64,000 bases of DNA from Octopus vulgaris (GCA_951406725.2 OX597825.1:79360001-79424000); one strand, 5' to 3'; positions 27,145 to 41,564 are shown, counted from the stretch's first letter. Numbers and translations: made by a program. Notes: generated from the letters alone by a model not told the origin.

Positions 27145-27543
27145 TTCAAATTTTGGCATAAAGCCAACAATCTCAGGGAAGGGGTAAATCAATTACATTG
27201 CCCCCTCCTTCCCCCAGTGCTCAGCTTGTACTCATTTTAGTGACCCTGAAAGGGTGAAAGGCATCCTTGGTGGAGTTTGAACTCAGAGCATGAAGACAGA
27301 TGAAATACCCATTTCTTTACTGCCCACAAGGGGCTACACACAGAGGGGACAAACAAGGACATACAAACGGATTAAGTCGATTATATCGACCCCCAGTGTG
27401 TAACTGGTACTTAATTTATCGACCCCGAAAGGATGAAAGGCAAAGTTGACCTCGGCAGAATTTGAACTCAGAACATAGTGGCAGACGAAATACCACTAAG
27501 CATTTCGCCTGGCATGCTAACGTTTCTGCCGGCTTGCCGCCTT
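27145..27543 (-). mobile_element. Dimeric family B SINE
   Basis: Two B bodies joined at GACAGATGAAATACC|C/TATTTCTTTACT. The same junction occurs at ~33120. Confidence 0.75.
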
Positions 27544-27962
27544 GATAATAATAATAACCATAACAATAATAATAATAATGATAATAATATAGTTTATAAC
27601 AAAAGTGATATGGTTAGTCTACTCAACATCTCCAATACCAACTCCAGCAGGATTTGAACTCAGAATGGTAAGGACGGAGACAAAATGCAATGCTGTTAGA
27701 AATGTACTTTGTCTGAATTCTACCATTTCTGTCACTTAATTAGTGACCCTCCAAATATTAAGTTTTCATTTCTGTATTAAAAAAAAAACGTGTTTATTCT
27801 TCATTGTTCAGTTTGAGTCAACCTCTCTAATTTTCCTTTACACAGGAAAACCTCCCTGGATTAAAAAAAAAAAATATTTTGTTCGTTTCAATGCTTTCTT
27901 TTGTTTGTTTTGGCTTTTTGACCCGTTCATTTATTTTCTCTTGAAATTTCATGCATGATTAG

Positions 27963-28052
27963 ATTCTACCTGTGCTGTTAGCGGCAGGTTTGGTGCTGGC
28001 CTTTAGATCTGGGATGGTGGGTGGCGCCAAAACTGTGAACAGGACCTTCTGT
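27963..28052 (+). other. Candidate 90-nt exon
   Basis: TTAG|...|GTAAGT boundaries and an open frame ILPVLLAAGLVLAFRSGMVGGAKTVNRTFC. No recognisable homology. Confidence 0.2.
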
Positions 28053-28295
28053 GTAAGTGTTGGTGACAACCACTTATATATCATGTAGCTTGATTATAAT
28101 TAAAACTGGAATGACAGCAAGAAGAAGAGGAAGAAGAAATAGGAGCATAAAGAAGAGACTAAGAACCTTTTTATTTGTCTTTGTTATGTGTTGTACAAGG
28201 TATGATTGTTAACCTCGTGAAAACAGTGTGGAGGTGAGGGCCTGCTGGAGAAGGAGAGAGAGAGCAAATGAGAGCTGTACTTTATTGTGTGTGCT

Positions 28296-28326
<31 letters not shown>

Positions 28327-28533
28327 GTGTGTGAGACTTTAAATGCATGTTTCTCTGCATGTTTTGTTATTTGTTGGTGGTGGTGTTGTCCAGAATTAGT
28401 AGAGCAATCATCGCTGAGATGACCTGTCTTTTCTCAAATATGCATACGCATCATGCTGCACACATACACATGCACACACACGCCCTCTGCATACATGTGT
28501 GTACACACACACACACACACATATATCTGTCTG

Positions 28534-28599
<66 letters not shown>

Positions 28600-28768
28600 A
28601 GCACACACACACACAGACTTACAAGTAGTCTTCAAATACAAAAGGACATCCAAACATGCCCACATATATAAACTCATACCTATACATGCATGTATATGTA
28701 CATATGTATGTGTGTATCTCTCTCTCTCTCTATATGTATATATATATATATATATGTACTTACACACA

Positions 28769-28807
<39 letters not shown>

Positions 28808-30640
28808 ACACCTTTGCGTGAAGTCTATATTAGTATCCTAACGAACAGTAATGACGGTAAGAAGCAGGCAGCTTTTATTTACCTCTTCAGCGTTTCATTC
28901 AACATTTTCTTTATTTCTTTACATCTGTTTGTTTCCCTGTCAACTATTAATAATAATAATAATAATAACAACAACAACAACAACAGCAGCAATAATTATG
29001 ATGGTGGTATGAAGAGGAGGTGGTGGTGGTGATGGTGACGTCGACGATGATGATGGTTGTAATTATGTTCTAATCTCCCTTGCAAATGCTGTACATTTCT
29101 ATTAGGTGGCGCTAGTACTGATAGTTGTGAGTCAGTGTAGATCAATTAAGACACATGCCAATAGTCACCAGTTGGGTGCCTTTTCAGACAATCATCTTTA
29201 GAATGGTCTTAACTTGGAGCATTTCAGATGACAATGGACTGCATCTTGGACTTGCGTCATAAAGTCTGTACTCGTTTTTACTTACCACTTGCTAGATTAC
29301 TTCCTTTCCTTATTTTCTTTCTCTCTTCTTTTTTCTTTCTTTTTTTCAATCATTTCTTGTAATTGTTGTTGTTGTTGCTAGTTTTGTTGTTGTTGTTGTT
29401 GTTGTAGTTGTTATTATAAAAAAAAAAAACAGTTGATGGCAGAACTGGGAAAGCATCGGCCAAGGCCTGAAACGTTCTATGTTTCAAATCCTTATCCCTC
29501 GTGGTACTTCAGTTGCGACCCTTTAAGTTCTGTGCTCAAATCCTGCTGAGATCAACTTTTCCTGTCATCTTTTAGAATATAGGAACAGACGAGTGCTTGG
29601 GTGTGAGGAGGAGAAGAAGTCATTTAGTTCTTCTCTACTGCTTCCCCTCCGAATTGGTGACCTTGTGAGGCCTCAGTGACAGTTCTTTTATTTTTTATTT
29701 GTCTTTTTTATTTATGTATTTATATATTATGATTCTTATATGTGTACTTTTCGTTAACTTCTCCTTCATTAATTTCATATAATAATTAAATGTCTTGAGC
29801 TATTGAATTATTTCTTTTGTTTTTGTGGTTGCTTCTTCTTCGTTATGTAGTGCAAGGTAACGATGCAGTAATGTTTGTATGCACATGCACACATACACAC
29901 ACACACACACATATATATGCAAATATATTCATGCACACATGCGTACATATATACCCACATATATAAATACACACCAACGCATTTATTGTTGGTCTCATTG
30001 AGATCTATAGTTTGGATTATCAGTTTATAATGAATTTAGGATTAGGTGTGGGTGGATAGATGTCAGTGCTTGGTGGGTCGGTGGTGGTGGCGGTGGCGGT
30101 GGCGGTTGTGGCTGGTCGTGACTGGTTGGTGGTTGTGATGTTATGATAGGTCAAATGTGATGTAACTGATGCTGAAATTTAAACAGATCTGAGACGTTTA
30201 TCCTCTTTTGAAAGTGTGGAGGTGTGGTGGCAGCGGGGATGGCAATAATAATGGAGTAAGGTCGGGGTGGGGGTGGGGGCCGAGGGGAAGATGTTTGTTT
30301 AACCTCACCTTGACCATATTTCTAACACAGTTCCCCGCCCCGCACAGAAGGAACGAATGATGACCAAATATTGTGTCTGTGTGTCTTTTAAAATTTGAGT
30401 AAATTTTGAAAAATAGTCAAGAATTTGAAGAGGTTTAGTGAAACTATTTATTGATTTGTGTGTGTGTATGTATATATATATGTGTGTGTGTGTGTGTATA
30501 TACACATTTGTTAAAATACATGTGTGTGTGTGTGTGTATTCTAAAATAAAAATATTATTAATCTCCACTATAGTGTCGAGTAATCTTCTGACAGGCAACA
30601 CTAAACAGATATCTATCTATATATATCATCTATATATATA

Positions 30641-30719
<79 letters not shown>

Positions 30720-30925
30720 TTAATGTAACTATAGCAAAGTATATCAATAATATATTTTACATAGTGCAGATATTGTCTGGTACAGAACTTAATATGCTGA
30801 GTAGAATGGACAGATGGATATTTATATCAAAGTCGGCAGTCGGGAACAGCCCAGCTAAGGGTGAGACCCAGCAGTGTAGATTGTCAACATTGTTATATAT
30901 ATATATATGCTTATATTATATATAA

Positions 30926-31008
<83 letters not shown>

Positions 31009-31818
31009 TATATATATATATATATATATATATAAATTTATATAGATATATATATATATTTATTTATTTATTTATTACAATTTCAAATTGATGTTTAGGA
31101 CATTGTATAGAATTATGATGGAAAACTTAAAACTTTAGATTAAATAGCAAGCATTTAAAAATTTGGTTTTTAGCTTCTAGAGTCAGAAGCTATCTTAGAC
31201 AAGTTATGAACAAGGTTATAAAAGAGTAGGAAGCAAACTTTATTACTTCCCAGTGCAAGAAGTATATTGGCCCTTTTCATACCAGGCCACTTAAAACTAC
31301 CTCTGGATCTAAGATATTAAATGACCCATTTTCAAATGGTCATGTTTATGTTAAAACCTTCTGCTATAATTTTATGTAAGACATTTTAAATCCTGTTCCA
31401 AATACCAGCTTAATAATGGTATTTTTTACTATGTTTTTACTAAATTTCTCCAAATTCTGGATTATATTAAAAATTAATGGAAGCTGCTAAGACTGTATTT
31501 TAGAACAAAAACAATATTGAAAGAGTTAAATATGCATTTTTAAACAAAAATTTGGAATTGAAAAGAACTGAAAAATTTAACTACTTTCCCCTTGAAAAAT
31601 CCTGGAAAGTTTCTCTTTTGAGTGCAGAGCTGGGTAAGAACTTTTATGGAAGTCCAACAGTTCAACTGTTACCCATGTAGTAAATCTCTTGTCTCCAAAC
31701 TCCTAATGTGGTCCAAAAGAAAGGCAAGAAAAGAAATGGCTCAGCACCTGTTTCATCTTAGGTGAACTCAGAACATAAAGAATTGGAAAAACTGCCACAA
31801 GACATTTTATTCAACACT

Positions 31819-32034
31819 TTATACCCTTTTGATACCAACCTGCCTGAGACTGTGCTTGGTTTTATGATAGAAATTTCTTCTTTTCAAGTTACCTCAAAAC
31901 CTTCCAGCAAAATTTCTGTTGCAAACACCACCTTAAGAATGACAAAGTTGTTTTGCTAAATTCTTTGTTATTTTCAAAACTGATTGAAGCAAAAGCAGTC
32001 CATTCCAACAGAAATATGGTAACAAAAGGGTTAA
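31819..32034. mobile_element. piggyBac-like MITE (family H)
   Basis: ACCCTTTTGATACC...CAAAAGGGTTAA. Relatives at ~31270-31530, 36500-36731 and 49781-50011. Confidence 0.7.
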
Positions 32035-32162
32035 TGGTTCGTACCAATTCATCACCTTGTCCCACTATTTTATTTTTCAGTCCTTGAAGGAAAAGATAGT
32101 TAACCATGATGTGATTTGATCTCTTACTACTATAATCAGAATTGCTGTCATTGCTGTTTGTG

Positions 32163-32224
<62 letters not shown>

Positions 32225-32965
32225 GATAAAAGCAGTAAGCTAGTAGAATCGTTACCATGCTGGACAAAATGCTTAGCAATATTTTGCCCATCGCTGCATT
32301 CATCATCATCATCATCGTTTAACATCTGTTTTCCATGCTAGCATGGGTTGGATGGTTTGACCGGGGTCTGGGAAGCCAGGAGGCTGCACCAGGCTCCAGT
32401 CTGATCTGGCAGTATTTCTACAGCTGGATGCCCTTCCTAGTGCCAACCACTCTGTGAGTGTATTGGGTGCTTTTTACGTGCCACCGGCACAGGGATTCTT
32501 AGTTCAAGTTCTGCTGAGGTTGACTTTGCTTTTGATCCTTTCGGGATTGATAAAGTAAGTACCAGTTGAACACTGGGGTTGTTGTAATCGACTCATCCCC
32601 ACCTTCCCCAAGCTGCCCTTGTGGGGAAAAAATTGAAATAATTATTATTATTCTGACCTACCCCCTCTCCAAAAGTTGCTGGCCTTGTGCCAAAATTTGA
32701 AACCATTATTATTATTGCTCTGAATAGGGCAGAGAGTTGGCAGCAATGTTTGTGCAGCAGACAAAAAAATGCTGAGTGGCATTTCATCTGTTTTCATGTT
32801 CTGAGTTCAAATTCTGATGAGATGACTTTGTCTTTCATCCTTTCAGGTTCAATGAAATAAGTACCAGTCAAGTGCTGGGGTTGATGTAGTTGACTGACCC
32901 CACCACCACCACCACCACCACCCCACGAAAATTTCAGGCCTTGTGCCAAAATTTGAAATCATTAT

Positions 32966-33353
32966 TCTTTTCTACTCTAGGCACAAGGCTTGAAATTTTT
33001 GAGTCGATTAGATTGACCCCAGTACGTAACTGGTACATAATTCATCGACCCTGAAAAGATGAAAAGCAAAGTCGACCTTGGCGGAATTTGAACTCAGAAT
33101 GTAAAGACAGATGAAATACCTATTTCTTTACTACCCACAAGGGGCTAAACACAGAGAGGACAAACAAGGACAGACAAACAGATTAAGTTGATTATATCGA
33201 CCCCAGTGCGTAATTGGTACTTATTTAATCGACCCCGAAAGGATGAAAGGCAAAGTTGACCTCGGCGGAATTTGAACTCAGAATGTAGCGGCAGACGAAA
33301 TACTGCTTAGCATTTCGCCCGGCGTGCTGACGTTTCTACCAGCTCGCCGCCTT
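32966..33353 (-). mobile_element. Dimeric family B SINE within a dense B cluster (32230-33600)
   Basis: Same architecture and junction as 27145-27543. Confidence 0.8.
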
Positions 33354-33934
33354 AGAAATCCTTATTATTGCTCTGAGTAAGGCAGTGAGCTGGCTGAATC
33401 ATTAACATGCTGGACAAATTGCTTAATAGCATTTCGCCCGTCTTTACATTCTCAGTTCAAATTCCACTGACATCAACATTATCTTTCATCCTTTTGGGGT
33501 TGATGAAATAAGTATCAGTCAAGTTCTGGGGTTGATGCAGTCAACTAGATCTCTCCCACCCCTAAAATATCAGGCCTTGTGCCTATAATAGAAAGGGTTA
33601 TCATTACTGTGTTCAAATCCTAGTGGGAAGTCAACTTTATCTTTCATTTATCCAGAATTGATTACAAAATAACTAATAATTATTAAATCAATTGTTTTTT
33701 CCAAAACAAATTTCCTTGTACTCTAGATTGGCAAAATTAAGCACTGGACAAAATTATAAATAGTTATTCATTGTAGCTTATGTCTTGGGTATCTGTTTTT
33801 TGGTTTTTGTAGCTCACAACCAAGGTTTCTGATACAGAAGGTAAACCAAATAAATTCTCTTACATAGTTGATGAATTAGGTACATATTCTTAAACACTTG
33901 ATGATACAAAATTTGCTATACACCTAATGATCCT

Positions 33935-34327
33935 TGATGACTCTCATATAGCTGATGACTCATGCAGACTCTCATAGCTGATGACTCGTGCAGACTCTCA
34001 TATAGCTGATGACTCCTGTAGACTCTCATATGGATGATGACTCATGCAGACTCATGTAGCTGATGACTCATGTGGACTTTCATGTAGCTGATGACCCATG
34101 TGGACTTTCATATAGCTGATGACTCCTGTAGACTCTCATATGGATGATGACTCATGTAGCTGATGACTCATGTAGCTGATGACTCTTGTGGATTTTAATG
34201 TAGCTGATGACTCATGTGGACTCTCATATAGCTAATGACTTGTGCACACTCATATAGCTGATGACTCATGTAGACTCTCAAATAGCTGATGACTCATTCA
34301 GACTCTCATATAGCTGATGACTCTATA
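33935..34327. repeat. ~28-bp minisatellite (GCTGATGACTCATGTAGACTCTCATATA)
   Basis: About 14-15 imperfect units visible. Confidence 0.9.
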
Positions 34328-34996
34328 TCAATGAATTCTGTCTGATAAATGGAAATATTGGACATTAAAATGATGATGATTAATGAAAGGTGATATGTTG
34401 TATTGGAGGGGTAAATCTCAGCAGACATGAAGGGAGTGTATACCAAGGTGGAGTTGTGCAGATGAGACATACAGCTTATCTCCTAACATCATCTTATATT
34501 AATTTTGTGTTGGGGTTTTAATCGGACAATTGTTGGAGCATTGGGCAAAACGCCTCATGTTGAGTTACAGTTGTTTACATTCTGAGCTCAAATGTTGCCA
34601 TGTTAGACTTGACCTTTCATCTTCTCAAGGTCAATAAAAATGAAACACCAGTGAAATAGCGGAGTTGGTTTTTACCAGCTGCTGATCTGTGCTAACATAG
34701 AATGGACTTGCCTGGTATTGTAGGATCCCCATTCCTCACTTCCCTCACTCCCACCCTGAATTGTGTGACTTTCTTGACAGGAGATATTGACATACCATTT
34801 GGCATACACTGCTGACGTATCCATGAATGGCCCTCTAATGTCTCTTCACTATTGAGGGTCAAACATTGGAGATTTTTAAATTTTGTTGGTCTTGTTTACA
34901 CATAAAGCCCTCACAACAATGCACACATTCTTTGTTTTGTCCTGTACTGTCCATAATGTTTTACTCAATGTAAACCCTTGTGGTTAAAAGAAAATA

Positions 34997-35026
<30 letters not shown>

Positions 35027-35028
<2 letters not shown>

Positions 35029-35520
35029 GAGTAAGAGAGCAGTGCATATGCCATCAAAGTGACACTGGGGTAAAATATACAAAGCCCAGTATACCCATCA
35101 TGCCTACCCATCTGATAAGGGTATGTTAGGCACATACATCACAACCATACGTGCGCGACATGGTGATCTCATATCAAGATAAACAGTGCATGACCTTGCA
35201 GGTAAGGTCCAGTTAGAATTTTCTTCGGGTCAAGTAGCCCATTCCGCTCAAAAGGTCTCTGAATAAGGGTTGTTTGAGGCTGTTGAACGAAACACCCATG
35301 TTTCCAGCAGTGAATTATTTGAACCCCAAAGAATTCCTCTCAACACATGGCTATGTTGCTCCCCCACTACTTCTGATTGTGATCAGAGATGCACATATCG
35401 TCAGCCACAAAGGGACATGCTCAACTAGTTAAGGTCAAACAACTGAAAAGCAGATCTGTGGTATTGAGCTGAATATTTGCTGTAGCCCATCTTTTATACC
35501 AAAACAAAACAATGTACATG

Positions 35521-35521
<1 letters not shown>
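35027..35521 (-). mobile_element. Family E copy
   Basis: Reverse complement of 25700-26180, with (ATT)n on both flanks. Confidence 0.8.
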
Positions 35522-35572
<51 letters not shown>

Positions 35573-36126
35573 GCCTTTAGCATTCAGATTACTCTGTCAA
35601 ATATAATGCTTATTGATTCACATTGTTTTGATTTTGTATTTTCGAGATTTTGATGATGTGGTTGTTTATTTTTAGAATGACATTGTAGGGCAGGTGTAAG
35701 AGGCTGAATCTGGCCAGTATGAACATAAAACAAGGTAGAATAGTTGGGCCAGATTTGGGCTGGTTTCAATGCTAAAGATCTGAGGCAGTGTGCTGGCGGT
35801 ATTGTTTGCACACCAAACAAAATACTCAATGGCATTTCATCTGGTTTTACATTCTGAGTTTAAATTCCTTCGAGGTTGACTTTGCCTTTCATACTTTCAG
35901 GTTGATAAATTAAATACCAGTCAAGCGCTGGGGGGTCGATGTAATTGACTAGTCCGCTCCTCCAAAATTTCAAGGCCTTGTGCCTTCAGTAGAAAGGATT
36001 ATTATTATTATTATCAATCAAGTGTAACACCTTATATTACTCTCAACACAACATACATATCCTATTGTCATTCACACACACACACAGATTCTGTACCCTC
36101 CACACTCACATACATACCATACAGTG

Positions 36127-36195
<69 letters not shown>

Positions 36196-37672
36196 CTTTC
36201 TCTCTCTCTTTTTTAAATTGAACCCTGTTTTAAGTGAAATAGCCTAAAAGAAAAAAATAAGTATGTATGTTTAATTTTCAAGGTATTTACAAAGCAGATT
36301 TGATGATAGGTGGGTGGGAGAATAAAAAATAAAAGTACCATAGCAAGATATTTGGAAAATAATCAAGATCTGATGAAATATTTTTCACTATTACAAGGAA
36401 TAGTCATTGTGGTGCTGAATGAAAATTTGTGTGTGTAGATGGGTGGGTGTACCGGAAAGAGAACGATTTTCTAAATTATTTCAAAATTTTGACAAGGTTT
36501 GACCCTTTTGATACCAATGTGCCCAATGTGCCCAAAATATGGTTTTATGATACAAATTTTCTGTCTTAAAGTGGTTTAAATTAAAATCTTCCATTAAAAT
36601 TTTGTGTTAATTTATCTTTCAAAGACTTGCTTAATAATGACAAAGTTGTTTTACTAAATTCTTAATTACTTTTGACATTAATTGAAACAAAATCAGTGTA
36701 TTTCAACAAAAACTTGGAAACAAATGGGTAAAAGAGACCTCACCCCCACGAAAAACAAGATGTCTACTTTGTAATAAATTCTGTGTGAATGGCTAGAATT
36801 AGCAGATGTTTTCATCTACAGAGATGACATTGTTATTGTGGGTTATGTTAAACCCTGGGTTAACCCTGATCCAGTAAGCCTGTGATCAAAGATGTTTCCA
36901 GCATGATCATCATGTTTCTTCTGTATCAGAGATGTCAATATATCCTTTGGTGTTTCACCCTTAAGCCTTCAAATTACTCTGTCAGATGTAATCCTTATTT
37001 ATTCGCATTGTTTTGAATTAATCTTGTATTCTCTTGTAGCTTTGAGATTTAGATGATGTGATTTTTTTTATTCTTAGAATAACATTGTATGGTAGGTGTG
37101 AGAGGCTGGATCTGGCCAATATTCTTTTCTACTCTAGGCACAAGACCCAAAATTCTGGGGGAGGGGACCAGTCAATTAGATCGACCCCAGTTCGCAACTG
37201 GTAATTAATTTATTGACCCTGAAAGGATGAAAGGCAAAGTCGATCTTGGCGGAATTTGAACTCAGAATGTACAGCTTACCGCCTTCGGATCTGGCCAATA
37301 TTAACATAAAACAGGTCAAATATTTGGGCTGCATGTAGCTGATTTAACTGCTAAAAGGCTAAAGATGGTTGAATGTGATTTGAGAGAAATTTAGCTGCTA
37401 TTTCTAGCAAGTGTGACAGTGCATAAACTAGGGATTAGAGTATTGGGTTTATGATCACACCGTCCTGAGTTTGATTCCTGAGCCATGCGGCACATTGTCT
37501 CCTTGAACAAGGCGCTTCACTCCATGTTGATCCACTTGACTCAGCTGAAATGATTGCCATCTAGTGCTGGTGCTGCTCTCCTTCCTTCTGACTGTCACAT
37601 CCAGGATAACCTGCTGTGTTAAGTGTAAATTGGTCAAGATAGATGTCTACATCTGCCTACAATTGTCTAAAG

Positions 37673-38025
37673 CAGGGGGCCTCAACCATATTTTGCCTTT
37701 TTTTTGACCCCTTTGATTACTATTTTATTCTGGTGGAGCCCCAAAGGCATTCAGTGTTTAAAAACTAGTTTCATAGAAACTTCTTTCAAAATTCCTATTT
37801 TGTTTCTCACACATTCACTTGTGAAGGTTGAATTATGTAAAATGCTAGAGAAAGAAACCAAGCTGTCCCTTGCAATACACATCAATACATATGTCTAAAG
37901 CAAATTTTTTTCAGAGGCCCTTATAATATTATTGTTGATCCCTAATTTACTACTTTGCTACATGGATCCCCAAAAATCTTCTACGTACCCTCAGGGGCTG
38001 TATGGACCCCTGTTGAGAACCACTG
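37673..38025. mobile_element. hAT-type MITE
   Basis: TIRs CAGGGGGCCTCAAC / GTTGAGAACCACTG and an exact 8-bp TSD GTCTAAAG. Confidence 0.85.
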
Positions 38026-38148
38026 GTCTAAAGTAATTAGCGAAACCGTGGCTCATGCTCTCTAATCTTACTTGCTTCTGACTGATGGTTGTATTATTTC
38101 TAGCAAGTCAAGCAACTGCATAGAGGCTTCCTTGCTAGCTTGTATGCC

Positions 38149-38208
<60 letters not shown>

Positions 38209-39408
38209 TGTGTGCAGCTGCAGCAGTTGTGTTAGTATAGATGCAATATAAACATCTGACTCCTGTCAAGTGAAGAGATAGCAAAAACTGTAGGAAAGAC
38301 ATCCTTGACATAGGTAGATAAAGAAAAACATAGGAAGAAGTGGGAGAAGCAGAGTGATGGGAGAGGATGGTAGAGGAGGGAGTAATGGAAGAGATACTAT
38401 GATATGCAGCTACATGCTGGTAGTTGGTTAGGAGATTGAATAGAAGAAGTAGATTTATTGTTGTGTCGAGTAAACAAGGATACCTTCTCTAGTCCATGGT
38501 TTTCTTTAGGTGGTTCATCAGTTGGCTGTACACATCAGCAGATGGAAAATAATTGTTGTAAACTGTGCTAATCATTAATCCCCACATTCTTAGGTGATTA
38601 CATGATTGCTGAAGTCATCTATCATGCGTCAGGGAGATCCTCTTTGAAACGTTGCAAAATAATATTTAACATTTATATAAAGATCTGAAATGAAGGGCAA
38701 ACACAGAATAACATTTAAGAAAATTTGCCATCTTATTGTTGTTGATGACATCTGTTTTATGATGATGAGGAGTGGTGGTGGAGTGGAGACCGATAATACA
38801 ACCGCACTGTCGCTTTGGTGTATGGTGTCAGATCTAGAGCTATGTAAATTAAATTTAGTTGAAATCGGAGATGTTGACGGCACCATACTTATTTTGAGAA
38901 AAAGCAACATTCTTTACCCTCTGCACTACTGTGCAGCTTGGCGTTCGACAATTGTGTCAAACGCTCTTGTGGAATGTAATGAAATGTGGGTGTTTGGCAT
39001 GTGTGTGTTTATGTATATGTGTGTGTTTATGTACATATTTGTATTTGTACGTGTGTAATTGTGGTTGTTTGTATTGTATGTTTGCAGGTGTATGTCTGTG
39101 TTTTTACAAGTTTATATATGGATTATATACCTGTATGAACAGGTTTATGTATATATGTTGCTGTTGTTTAACCCAAGTCAGCCTTGACCAAACCAACCTA
39201 CGATCAAAGCTTTTCAAGGTATGACAGTCCCATCTTATTTCTGTCAGGTATTATTTTATCTAGAACTATATTATTTGATGTGCTCTTCCATTTCTTAAGA
39301 TGGCCGGATGTGATTTGAGAGAGATCAAGTAACTATTTCTTTTGGGATATGATCATATAGATGCTCTGAGTTTAACTAATCTCCCATTTCTCTCTCTCTC
39401 TCTCTCCG

Positions 39409-39439
<31 letters not shown>

Positions 39440-39673
39440 GTTTCTTTACTGCCCACAAGGGGCTAAACATAGAGGGGACAAACAAGGACATACAAACGAA
39501 TTTTAAGTTGATTATATCGACCCCAGTGCATAACTGGTACTTAATTTATCGACCCCGAAAGGATGAAAGGCAAAGTCGACCTCGGCGGAATTTGAACTTG
39601 GAACGTAACGGTAGACGAAATACGGCTACGCATTCCGCCCGGCGTGCTAACGGTTCTGCCAGCTCGCCGCCTT
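39440..39673 (-). mobile_element. SINE family B, young full-length copy
   Basis: CpG-rich and near-identical to 33123-33353. Inserted in a TA/TG microsatellite. Confidence 0.9.
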
Positions 39674-39687
39674 TGAGTGTATGTATG

Positions 39688-39742
<55 letters not shown>

Positions 39743-40699
39743 TTCTTGCATGATTTTGTAGAATTCTAGGTGACCCTTAATAGGTTGTGACCTACTGCAG
39801 GTTTCTGTGTAAGCTTAGGATGCCATCATCAGGTTATTATATTCTACAAGACTTTGAAGACCTTTAGTAGGCTGAGACCTATTGCAAGATTATGTCCAAA
39901 TCTAGGAGGCCCTCAAAAATCAATGATTATTTAAGGATTTTGTGAAAATCTAGAAAGCCCTCAGCAGAATGTGATATATATTGTAGAGTTTTGTTAAACT
40001 TAGGAGTTTTCAGTCGGCTGTAGGAGTTTGTGCAATTCTAGGGGGTTTTCAGCAGACTGTGAAATACTGTAAGGTTTGTATAGCAATATTTATGTTTTGC
40101 AATGGATGCTAACCAAATATTTGGCAATGCTTGCATTGTCTTTACAATTAAAATGCATCAGGCCATCTGTAGCTTCTAGTTAGTTTGGGCAGTAGTTTTC
40201 ATTATAGCAAGGTGGGTGAACTGGGGTGAAGGGCCAAAATCTTAAAAAAGAGTTGAGTGTTTGCTTTGGATTTGGTGCAGTATAGCATTGTTAAGGATAC
40301 ATCAGTAGGATTGGTGCAATACGGTATTGCTGAGAGAACATTTGTCTAGGGATTCAGAGTATAGTAGGGATTTTCTGAAGAGGGCATTCCTAGATCAAAT
40401 GCAGTATAGCATTGCTGAGTGAGAGGACTTCTACATAGAACTGAACGTGTAGTAGAACATTTCTGAAGGTTGGGGCATGTCGGAATTTAGTGCAATATAA
40501 CTTTAATGAAAGGATATGTATAAATTTAGTGTTCAGTAAGGCATTGCTAAGGGGACACCTATGAATTCAGTGTACAGTATGGCATTGCTAAGAGGACATC
40601 TAGAGATTCAATGCAGTATTGGTGAGGAGATATAACTAACTATGGCCTGAGTGTGAGATGTTTTAATGAAGGGACTTCTGTGAGTTCAGTGTCTTAGAG

Positions 40700-40978
40700 C
40701 AGTGTTTCCCAAAGTGCATTTCAAGGAAAACCTCAGGGTTCCGTGAAAATGTTCTTGGGTTCTACAAAGTAGCATTTAATAAAAATGTTTATAAGAATTG
40801 ATAACATTTTCAAAATAATAAGTTATATATTTCTTAATATGAATGAATTTTTTTCTTTAGAACAGTTTTTATTTCATTCAGTGACTTATTGAGATTAAGA
40901 GGGTGGAGTTTTGGTATGGCTCCATTTTTGAAAATATGGTATTTGAGTTCCACAACAAAGTAAGTTTGGGAATTACTG
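40700..40978. mobile_element. hAT-type MITE interrupting a degenerate ~40-bp tandem array (40275-41125)
   Basis: TIRs CAGTGTTTCCCAAA / TTTGGGAATTACTG. The TSD is degenerate. Confidence 0.6.
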
Positions 40979-41219
40979 TAGCAGAGTACTGCTTAAGGGA
41001 CATATATAGCATTGGTGAACTGTCATCTATAACATTGGTGAGGGGAAATCTGGGGATTGAATGGACAGTTGAGTATTGCTGAGGGGTGGTGGGGCATCAA
41101 GAGATTGAATTACTCTGAGGGAATACGAACTGGTCATGTAGCTTATCTACACCATTAACCTTACCTTTTGTGTTTGATCACCACATTCTCCAGTTAGCTA
41201 TAAGTGTTCTGATTCCTTC

Positions 41220-41555
41220 GCTATATACGTCCCCTGCCCAATTCAAGATCACAGCATACATGTACACTGCAACATAATTTCTTTTCCTCAACAGGCCCTG
41301 CCCTATTTAACATTGTCCTGAAAGAGATCAAAGAGGAAAAGTATCCCATCAACTTTAAACAGAGTCTGGATAGATTCCTTTAAGGAATACCAGATAAGCC
41401 ACCCATAATTGGATATAACTCACCCAACAAAAACTCACTACTTGAATGGACCATAAACAAAACTTGACTTAAACAGGATTCAAATAATCCTATCAGGTGG
41501 TGCTATTAAGTTAGACATGGCCTGGATCAATCTTTGGTCGAAACATATCTAAGTT
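41220..41555 (+). mobile_element. LINE 3' end (CR1/L2-like ORF2 C-terminus)
   Basis: Translates ...HNFFSSTGPALFNIVLKEIKEEKYPINFKQSLDRFL*GIPDKPPIIGYNSPNKNSLLEW, matching the LFN.LP...FK..LD.FL..PD.P pattern. Confidence 0.7.
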
Positions 41556-41564
41556 TATATACAT

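Noticed and set aside
29098-29116. CTCF-like motif TAGGTGGCGCTAG
   Set aside because: Only a half match, which is expected by chance in 64 kb.
33935-34327. CRISPR array, C/D snoRNA cluster or hammerhead array (repeated CTGATGA)
   Set aside because: No unique spacers, no GAAA or stems, and a eukaryotic context. It is a plain minisatellite.
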